Source of the DNA: Candidatus Sericytochromatia bacterium
GTDB taxonomy: Bacteria; Cyanobacteriota; Sericytochromatia; UBA7694
Length of the DNA stretch: 64,000 nt
Assembly (NCBI GenBank): GCA_018780035.1
Contig: JADMKE010000003.1
Coordinates: 210,753-274,752 of the forward strand
Direction: 5' to 3'
Position 1 is the first letter of the stretch; each line of letters opens with the position of its first letter. The notes under the pieces were generated by a model. That model saw only the letters and a list, made by a program, of their open reading frames with translations, was not told the origin of the DNA and made no database searches. The position numbers and the translations under genes are program-made. Positions 57,701 through 64,000 of the stretch are shown piece after piece.

Positions 57701-60700
57701 ATCCAACGCAATCCGGCCAAATGCAAAGCATCCCGCAGGGGATCGCGGGCAGCCAGTGGGCCAGCGACCGTGACCTGTTCTTCTGCATTGTCAGCGGCAA
57801 TACAAACCCCATCAGGCAAAATTGCCTTAACCCGTTCACAGGCGCCCTGTACGGCCCATGTAAAACCTGGCACGCTAGCAAAAAGCTCTCCCCGGCGGCA
57901 AACCAGTTCCAACATTTCAGGCAGGGCCAAATGGCCGCCCAGACACAATGCTGCATATTCACCAAAACTGTGACCGAGTAGCAGTGCAGGCTGTAACCCC
58001 AATGCCAACCAGGTCTGTCCCAGGGCATATGAAAGCAAGAAGATCAGTGGTTGCATCAAACGCGGATCTGCCAATTCGGCAGCGGAAAGCCCGCCCGAAG
58101 TTGATCCATACAGGGCGATTTTCAATCGCTCCGCCAATTCAAATCGGTGGGTCTGAATCAGTGCCAGGCAGGTTTCGATGCTTTGGGCGAAAACTGACAG
58201 CGATGCCATTTTCTCTGCCAATCCAGACACCTGACTGCCCAGACCAGGCAAAAGCCAAAGTAAAGGGGGGGGGAACTCCGAAGATTGGCCTTTTACCAAA
58301 CCCTGAACGGGCGCATTCGCCAGACTTTGAAGCAATTTCTGACCGAGATCTTCGCTGTCGTGTGCAGTGAAAGCCAGGCGCCAGGGAAAAGACTGCCTCC
58401 CGAGAGCAAGGTTTAAAGCCATTTCAGATATATTGATTGGCATTTGTTGAGACGCTAACCAGTCGATCCATCTATTTTGCAATTGCTGCAAAGCCCGCTC
58501 TGAGCGGGCAGAAAATAGAAAGAGCTCCGGTTGAGGTATGTAAGTCGTTTTTTCAGATTCAGACATGTGCTCCGCCCCTTGGGCCTCAGGTGCACCCGCT
58601 AAAATGGCATGGGCGTTGGTTCCACCTATCCCAAAGCTGCTGACTGCAGCGCAAAGCGGGCCTGATGTTTGAGATAAATCCTCAGCTAACCTAGCGGGAT
58701 AGACAGGTGCGTGCTGCCAGCTGATGCGCGGACTGGGCTGGGTAAATCCGGGTTGGGGTGGAATTTTTTTGTGCAAAAGCACCAGCAGCGCCTTGATCAG
58801 GCCCGCCACCCCTGCAGCGGCATCAAGATGGCCCAGGTTCGCTTTAAGCGAGCCGATGGCGGCATGGGGCGTGGCTTGCCCCTGCCTTTCTGTCCAGGCC
58901 TCGGTCAAGGCCTGAATTTCAACACTGTCCCCCAAAGCGGTGCCCGTGCCGTGGGCTTCGAGATAGCGAATCTGTGTGGGCCGGATGCCCGAACGGGCCA
59001 AGGCTTTGCGCAGCACCGCGACTTGACCTGCAATTCCAGGCGCAGTGAAACCCAGTTTTTGTTTGCCATCGTTGTTGATGGCCGAACTGAGGATTTGTCC
59101 CAAAATGAGATCACCGTCAGCCTGGGCTTGGGCCAAGGGTTTGAGCACCACCAGCGCCACGCCACTGCCACCGACGATTCCTGTGGCATCGGCTTCAAAG
59201 GGGCGACAGGCCCCATCAGCAGAATAAATCCCACCAGGCAAGTGAAGATAGCCTTGGGGATCGGGATCGAGGCTCACACCGCCTGCCAGGGCCAGTTCAC
59301 ACTCGCCCCTGCGCAGGCTTTCACAGGCCAAATGAACAGCCACCAAGGAGGTCGAACAGGCAGTCTGTACTGCCAGAGCAGGGCCGGTCAAATTGAGGTG
59401 GTAAGCCACCCGTGTGGCGAGATAATCTTTGTCATTGGCCAGCAGGGCCTGCATGGGATTAACGGCCTCTGTCAGATTGGCGCCCTGAATATTATGCCCC
59501 AGATGCATTAACAAATAGCGGCTGATCCCTGACCCCGCGAAGACCCCAAATGGCCGGGACTCTGAACAATCGCCATAACCGGCCTGTTCCAAGGCCTGCC
59601 AAGCAGTTTCCAGCATCAGGCGCTGCTGGGGATCCAATAGTCGGGCTTCGGCAGCAGAAAGCTGAAAGAGTTCGCGGTCAAAAGCTGCGATATCTGGGAG
59701 TACCCCAGTGATGGGCACATAGTGGGGATGATCGAGCTGCAGTTCAGACACCCCTTGGGACAATAGTTCTTCTCGGCTGAAGTGTTTTAAGCCGGTCTCT
59801 CCTTTGCAGAGCAATTCCCACAAGGCTTCCACTGAATCTGCCCCTGGAAAGCGACCAACCATCCCGATCACAGCAATTGGGGCATCTGATGCTAATGTGC
59901 TGGGCTTGGCCAGGGGCTGCGATGCTGCAGCGGTTTCTGTCGCCATATCCGGTTCTTGCAATTTCTGGGCCAATTGGCGCAGGGTTGGAGCTGCAAAGAG
60001 ATCCATCAATGTGAGAGGCATGCCAAATTCAGCCTCAATGCGGTATTGAGCTTCGACCAAAAGCAGTGAATGCAAGCCCTGGTCCATAAAATTTTGCTCG
60101 GGGTCGAGAGGCAAACCGCCGTTGAGATCTTGCAAGAGCTGATGCAGGCGCTTTTCGATTTGATTCAAACTGGCTGAACGTGTTTCAGCCTGGGGCAGCG
60201 GCAGTGCTTTGAGATCAAGTTTGCCATTTAAGGTCAGGGGCAGCGCAGGAACCCAGACAAAATGGTCTGGAATCCAAGCTGGGGGCAAAATAGCCTGCAG
60301 GGCCTGTCGCAAATCTGCCACTGTGGGCTTGGGGACTTCGTTCTCACCGATCAGATAGGCGATCAAAACATGCTGGCCCGGTCTCAGCTCGCGCAAGGCC
60401 ACGCGGGCATCTATGACCGCAGGCAGTTGTAATAGGGCGGCTTCAATTTCTGCCGCTTCCAAACGATAACCGCGAATTTTAAGCTGGGCATCGCGCCGGG
60501 CCAGGTAATGAATTCGGCCATCAAGATCTTGACGGGCATAATCCCCGCTAAAATAAACCCGCCCCAAGAACGGGTGCATTGAAAAGCGCTGCTTGGTCAA
60601 TTTGGGGTTATTAAAATAGCCCCGGGCCAGCCCTGCTCCAGTGACTGTGATTTCACCTGCAACACCTACAGGCACAGGACATAGATCTTTGCCGAGTAGG

Positions 60701-63285
60701 GCCAATCCCAGATCTTGCAAGGGGTGGCCAAGGGGGCTTTGTTTTCCAGCCGCCTGAACCATTTCTGGCAAGATCCGTTCAAAGGTCACAAAGACCGTGG
60801 TCTCGGTAATCCCATAGCTGTTATACACAGCGACCTGCTCACCAAAACAGGCAAACCAAGGCTTTAAACTCCCCAACTCCAATTTTTCACCGCTTAAGAT
60901 CAGCCAGCGCAAGGGTGGCAAAGGGGGAGCTGTTTGCAATGTGCTCTGCAAAACACCCTGCAAGGCGCGCAAAGCCGAAGGAGTCAGATTGAGGACTGTC
61001 ACAGGGGTTTCGATCAGGGTTTGCCAAAATTGTCTGCTGTCGCGGGCCAAAAGGCGGGGGATCAGCAAAAGTTGGGCCCCCGCATAAAAGGCCCCCCAAA
61101 TCTCCCAAACGGAATAATCAAAGGCCAGTGAGTGAAAGAGCACCCAGGTATCTTCGGGGCTGAGATCCAATTCGCGGGCCGCAGCGGGGAAGAGGCGCGC
61201 CACTTGAGCATGGGTAATTTCAACCCCGTTGGGCTCGCCGGTGCTGCCAGAGGTGAAGATCATGTATGCCAAGTCATCGGGGGAGATCGGCAAGTCCAGG
61301 TTGATTTCGTCGCCCATTTCGACTGGCGCTTGAAACAGGGCATGGGGATCGAGGCAATTCCAGGCCTGTTTCTGCGGGCTATCTGGCAATGTCTGTTGCA
61401 AAGTTGCTGCTGCCAATAAAAAATGGGGCTGGGCAAAGTTTAAGATTTTCGCTGCGCGCAGGGGGGGCTGGTCTTGGTCGATAGGCAGATAAAGTGCCCC
61501 TGCTTTGAGTATCGCCAAGAGACAAATCAGGGCCTCTGGGCCCACTTCAAGCCACACCGCAGCCCGCATACCCGGCTCCAGTCCCTGGCGGCGCAAGACT
61601 CTCGCCAACAGATTTGACCGCCGATTCAACTCACCATAGCTCATGGCTTGCCCTTGCCAGAGCAAGGCTGGGCGCTCAGGGGCCTGCGCTGCCTGGCGCT
61701 CCACAAATTGGTGAATCAACCCTTCAATGGGAATCTCAGCCAAGGGCGTGCCTGCTTTTAAGTTTAAGCTCTGTGCCTCGGGGAGCAAAAGTCGAATTTC
61801 GCTCAGGGGCTGCTCGGGCTGGGCCAATAATCGGGACAAGAGGCTGAGATAATCCCTCAAGATCTGTCTGAGCATGTCAGGCCCGAGTTGGGCCAAAGCA
61901 CTCGACAATCGCACCCGCAGTCGGCCAGGCTCCAAAGTCAGGGTCAAGGGAAAAGGGGGCGGTTGCTGGGGCAGATCTTTCCACTGCACCTCAAAATCCA
62001 GCGGGGGTATATTGAGTGGGCTGTTCTGAAAGACAAAATAGATTTCAGGCAGCGGGTGCTCACTTTTAGGCAAAGCTGCCACTGCTTTTTCGAAAGGCAA
62101 ATCCTGCCAGAGCAAATGCACTTGAAATTGCCTCGCATGTAGACCACAGTTTTGGGCAAAGTTCAATTCAGGCATCACTTCCAGGGGCAGCAGAAGGGTG
62201 TTGATCAGACAGCCGATTAGGTTTTCCAAACGCAGATCCGACCGCCCCGAAACCGGTGTGCCGATGATCATCCGCTCTTGAATGCCATAGCGCGAGAGCA
62301 AGACCGTCCAGGCTGTTAAACAAATCTGAAAAGGCGTCAGGGCTGTGGCTTTGCCAAAAGCCACAATCTGATCCCAGAGTGTTTCTGGCAGGTCTAATTC
62401 CACTTCCGCTGGGCCAGATTCACGCGGACAGGTTTCTCCTGGCAAGTCCAACCCCGTTGGAAACCCAGCCAAAGCTTGGCGATAAAAGGCCAGAGCCTGC
62501 TCAGACCAGGGAGTTTCATTGAATGCCTGCTGCGCCAAATCCAAGCCCGTAATCACCGGCAATGGCAGCTCAATTCCGTGATAAGCGGCCAGCAGTTCCC
62601 GCAACAGCACCCCTGTGGACCAGCCATCGGAAATCAGGTGGTGCAGTGACCAGGCCAAGATTCCCCTCTGCTCACCGAGAGGCCACCAACCCATACGCAT
62701 GAGCGGACCCTGTGACAGGTCAAAGGGCTGAGCACACCAGCTTTTGATTTCAGTGAGCGCTTGTGTCTCTGCGCTTTGGGCGTTATTTTGGGGCATAACC
62801 TCCAGTTGCAGCGCGGATTTGGGCAGGATCTCTTGGTAAGCTTTGCCTGCTATTTCGGGAAAAACCGTACGCAGCGCACTTTGGCGTTGGCCCAAAGTCT
62901 GTAAAGCCACTTGCAAGCGTTGTAAATCTAAAGGGCCAGTTATTTGACAGGCCCCGCTTAAATTGAGCAGATCGCTGTTGGGGTGCAATTTTTGCAGAAA
63001 CCACATGCGGCTTTGCGGGGGCGTCAGTGGGCCCGTTGTTTGGGAAATATTGGCTTGGCTGTTGTTGGTCTGTAAGGGGGGGCGTTGTTCCAATTGCAAC
63101 AGGGCCAATAGCTGTGTTTTTAAGCCACTTAAGGCTTCTCGCAGCGATTCGGAAATGGCTCCTTTGGGTGCGCTTAAACTGAGCTGCCCGTCTTTGATTC
63201 CCAGCAAAGCCCCGCTTTGGCGCAATTCAAGCAGCAGAGCGCTGGCCTCTAACCAGGCTGAATAATGACGTGGAAGCTCAGGCAT
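54736..63285 (-). CDS. Hybrid NRPS-PKS megasynthase, one NRPS module + one PKS module: C-A-T-KS-AT-KR-ACP-TE
   Basis: C domain HHLISDGWS. A domain FTSGSTGEPNG, NSYGITETT, YFSGDYARQDLDGRIHYLARRDAQLKIRGYRLE. T domain FMDQGLHSL. KS domain TACSTS, EAHGTGT, KANLGHL. AT domain GHSFGEYAA with a HAVH (HAFH-like) specificity region. KR domain TGGSGEIG...YTAANAALNAL. ACP LGGDSL. TE domain GWSFG...GDHYSML. Confidence 0.93.
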   Translation of the reverse strand: MPELPRHYSAWLEASALLLELRQSGALLGIKDGQLSLSAPKGAISESLREALSGLKTQLLALLQLEQRPPLQTNNSQANISQTTGPLTPPQSRMWFLQKLHPNSDLLNLSGACQITGPLDLQRLQVALQTLGQRQSALRTVFPEIAGKAYQEILPKSALQLEVMPQNNAQSAETQALTEIKSWCAQPFDLSQGPLMRMGWWPLGEQRGILAWSLHHLISDGWSTGVLLRELLAAYHGIELPLPVITGLDLAQQAFNETPWSEQALAFYRQALAGFPTGLDLPGETCPRESGPAEVELDLPETLWDQIVAFGKATALTPFQICLTAWTVLLSRYGIQERMIIGTPVSGRSDLRLENLIGCLINTLLLPLEVMPELNFAQNCGLHARQFQVHLLWQDLPFEKAVAALPKSEHPLPEIYFVFQNSPLNIPPLDFEVQWKDLPQQPPPFPLTLTLEPGRLRVRLSSALAQLGPDMLRQILRDYLSLLSRLLAQPEQPLSEIRLLLPEAQSLNLKAGTPLAEIPIEGLIHQFVERQAAQAPERPALLWQGQAMSYGELNRRSNLLARVLRRQGLEPGMRAAVWLEVGPEALICLLAILKAGALYLPIDQDQPPLRAAKILNFAQPHFLLAAATLQQTLPDSPQKQAWNCLDPHALFQAPVEMGDEINLDLPISPDDLAYMIFTSGSTGEPNGVEITHAQVARLFPAAARELDLSPEDTWVLFHSLAFDYSVWEIWGAFYAGAQLLLIPRLLARDSRQFWQTLIETPVTVLNLTPSALRALQGVLQSTLQTAPPLPPLRWLILSGEKLELGSLKPWFACFGEQVAVYNSYGITETTVFVTFERILPEMVQAAGKQSPLGHPLQDLGLALLGKDLCPVPVGVAGEITVTGAGLARGYFNNPKLTKQRFSMHPFLGRVYFSGDYARQDLDGRIHYLARRDAQLKIRGYRLEAAEIEAALLQLPAVIDARVALRELRPGQHVLIAYLIGENEVPKPTVADLRQALQAILPPAWIPDHFVWVPALPLTLNGKLDLKALPLPQAETRSASLNQIEKRLHQLLQDLNGGLPLDPEQNFMDQGLHSLLLVEAQYRIEAEFGMPLTLMDLFAAPTLRQLAQKLQEPDMATETAAASQPLAKPSTLASDAPIAVIGMVGRFPGADSVEALWELLCKGETGLKHFSREELLSQGVSELQLDHPHYVPITGVLPDIAAFDRELFQLSAAEARLLDPQQRLMLETAWQALEQAGYGDCSESRPFGVFAGSGISRYLLMHLGHNIQGANLTEAVNPMQALLANDKDYLATRVAYHLNLTGPALAVQTACSTSLVAVHLACESLRRGECELALAGGVSLDPDPQGYLHLPGGIYSADGACRPFEADATGIVGGSGVALVVLKPLAQAQADGDLILGQILSSAINNDGKQKLGFTAPGIAGQVAVLRKALARSGIRPTQIRYLEAHGTGTALGDSVEIQALTEAWTERQGQATPHAAIGSLKANLGHLDAAAGVAGLIKALLVLLHKKIPPQPGFTQPSPRISWQHAPVYPARLAEDLSQTSGPLCAAVSSFGIGGTNAHAILAGAPEAQGAEHMSESEKTTYIPQPELFLFSARSERALQQLQNRWIDWLASQQMPINISEMALNLALGRQSFPWRLAFTAHDSEDLGQKLLQSLANAPVQGLVKGQSSEFPPPLLWLLPGLGSQVSGLAEKMASLSVFAQSIETCLALIQTHRFELAERLKIALYGSTSGGLSAAELADPRLMQPLIFLLSYALGQTWLALGLQPALLLGHSFGEYAALCLGGHLALPEMLELVCRRGELFASVPGFTWAVQGACERVKAILPDGVCIAADNAEEQVTVAGPLAARDPLRDALHLAGLRWIELPIPHAVHHPLLEPILDELSQLCSSQPWQKGTWQVYSALRSQVLSVKELSDPDYWRAQTLEPVPFKRSLNQLLFTDQQETFLPLETGPGRALSALLRGKGEYTPLWGLGTEASESRTTFLNCLGQLWQRGFRLERKVLFEQRYAKRVLPGTPFERENYWFSPTESEGAGALPVRQNLENWFYSLEWQRRKVPLAAPDIPHSAARETENLIWLIAGQAFKLGEEKHIKVVFDCRNWQTDAPPDALLKWALASLAELLKLGLTQLCFLMPAVQVVTGAEQNLAPDLALLLGLARVLPSERPAVHCLWLESDGSLPLSEELLKTLLDEAHAELALRNRWLWEPQLLPQILPQVLPKPVHGPVRTEPLPMGTYLITGGSGEIGGQLAQALPAGSKLFFLGREAPVDLATLFERAASVNWIAGDMADRQSWDRALAAIQAQTGELTGVLHAGGSPDQHWLLESLAEIETSPDGLQNWLQDWPVFAKWLGAKHLLQALQTSKLTPRLILFCSALSSFSGQPGQWAYTAANAALNALAGANWQAGLPVQSIAWGAWKEGGMAKQAVATLPHHMRQLQTALLAQGIDRESGKASLSWIYNLKHPNLAVSPLKPTDLLRLSRQYLSTAKSHLQTSLAGTHPLLQAREIPSEDLPQSPLESEIAKIWGEALGVANIGREESWQQLGGDSLLALQVRERLAESLKRPVSPALLFQGSTVASLAETLQNERVPSLLVPLRREGTGQTLFCVHAISGTVFPFQTLARHLSGPFFALQSQGLTGQSPHLSLEAMAAAYLDLVMHVQPEGPLLLAGWSFGALVAFEMARQALARGRAVSHLVLIDLPLPPPGRVHAESLVRMRFDLEMQKLGLSEEIIHASADASISASTQINRPESRQENRQASRKQTRELLYAVFEANLHAARTFKPTALHLPATLVVAEAGLAQTDSRPGKGWGDYLAPLTLLTVPGDHYSMLEGQGAMDLARLCGSLQNPVKGSGLD

Positions 63286-63312
63286 GAAAAAACGACTTTC
63301 CCCAGTTAAAAT

Positions 63313-63801
63313 TTAACGCAGGACTGCAATTAGAATATGCACAGCCAGGGCCAAATTAACCAGCAGTCCCCCCGCGAATGCCAATGAGCGCCAGGGTTGT
63401 AAGCCTTTGAGATAAAAGAAGGTATGGCCCAAACGGGCGGCTGTAAACACCCCAAAATAGACGGGGGCCAAGCCATCTGCCGCATGCAGAAACAATGCAG
63501 CCCAGGCCAAGCCCAAAAAGATTGGAATATTTTCCAAGTCGTTGCGGTAGGCATTGCTGGCACGGATATAGTCAGGATGCTCGGCTTCGGCTTGGGCCGT
63601 TTTACCAATCAGAGCCGCATCTTCGGGATTGGTATAGACCTTGTTTTTGTTGCGAACCAACCCTTGGGTGAGGCCAATGGCAAACATTTTGAAAAAGAGC
63701 ACAGCTGTGCTGACGCCCAGTACTTTGAGAGCCAGGGGATGGAGTCCCATTGTCTGTGTGAGCGTTTGAGAGAGCGTTTGGGCCAGTTCAGGGGTGGGCA
63801 T
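63313..63801 (-). CDS. MAPEG-family membrane protein (microsomal GST / membrane-associated eicosanoid-glutathione metabolism superfamily)
   Basis: Four TM helices and the MAPEG signature R..NAYRNDLENIPIFL. An AAGGA RBS lies 8 nt upstream of the ATG at 63801. Confidence 0.6.
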   Translation of the reverse strand: MPTPELAQTLSQTLTQTMGLHPLALKVLGVSTAVLFFKMFAIGLTQGLVRNKNKVYTNPEDAALIGKTAQAEAEHPDYIRASNAYRNDLENIPIFLGLAWAALFLHAADGLAPVYFGVFTAARLGHTFFYLKGLQPWRSLAFAGGLLVNLALAVHILIAVLR

Positions 63802-63921
63802 GGTCATTATCCTTGTATGGGGCTGAATGGCTTCATTATAGCGGGCTGAAGGAGCAAAGCCCAAATAGGAGAGACTTTCACCCGTTGATTTTGTCAGGGG
63901 CCCTGAAAGATAATTAAATCT

Positions 63922-64000
63922 ATGGGAAAAATACCAAGCTGGAAAAAAAGCGCACGGATTGGACTGTTGTTTTGGGCTATGGTAGTTGTTTTTGAGTTTT
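63922..64000 (+). CDS. Possible 5' end of a membrane protein ORF running off the window
   Basis: ATG followed by MGKIPSWKKSARIGLLFWAMVVVFEF. It is very short and speculative. Confidence 0.2.
   Translation, partial: MGKIPSWKKSARIGLLFWAMVVVFEF

Noticed and set aside
58711-59511. 266-aa plus-strand ORF and other 60-150-aa ORFs inside 54736-63285
   Set aside because: All are antisense to the NRPS-PKS reading frame, whose domain motifs are continuous and in order. They are shadow ORFs.

Overview
This 64-kb window appears to come from a Gram-negative bacterial chromosome, read by eye at roughly 50-55% GC. The evidence is many lipobox lipoproteins, LPS core/O-antigen genes and a class A PBP. It is densely coding on both strands. 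I found no rRNA, tRNA, CRISPR array, integrase or transposase.

Core genes I recognise are GTP-type PEP carboxykinase, an RNase R/II family exoribonuclease, a fadI/fadJ-type beta-oxidation pair (thiolase followed by hydratase/dehydrogenase), aldehyde dehydrogenase, cytochrome P450, rhodanese, HldE-type heptose kinase, and RF2 with its programmed +1 frameshift visible in the sequence. Also present are APS kinase, an ABC exporter, a LysM-M23 peptidase, a GAF-GGDEF cyclase, PBP1A and a DAACS symporter.

Two accessory regions stand out. The first, about 27.6-44.6 kb, begins with a sharply AT-rich stretch (by eye under 40% GC) of about 3.6 kb covering the two sulfotransferase-like genes. Overall the region holds cysC, two paralogous large proteins with C-terminal sulfotransferase-like motifs, a SAM methyltransferase and a PEP-synthase/PPDK-like His-phosphotransferase that lacks the TIM-barrel domain. 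These are followed by a C26 glutamine amidotransferase-like hydrolase, a LicC-like cytidylyltransferase, an FMN reductase, an ABC exporter, a TPR-GT41 glycosyltransferase, a 968-aa multidomain GT4 protein and an Excalibur-domain secreted protein. I read this as a putative sulfation, headgroup-activation and glycosylation system.

The second, about 50.3-63.8 kb, is a single 2849-aa hybrid NRPS-PKS with domain order C-A-T-KS-AT-KR-ACP-TE. Its stop codon overlaps the start of a secreted clostripain-like C11 cysteine peptidase gene. It is flanked by a MAPEG-family membrane protein, an acidic hypothetical protein and a transporter.

I also note an unusually long convergent intergenic region carrying about 2.8 copies of a 59-60 bp tandem repeat.
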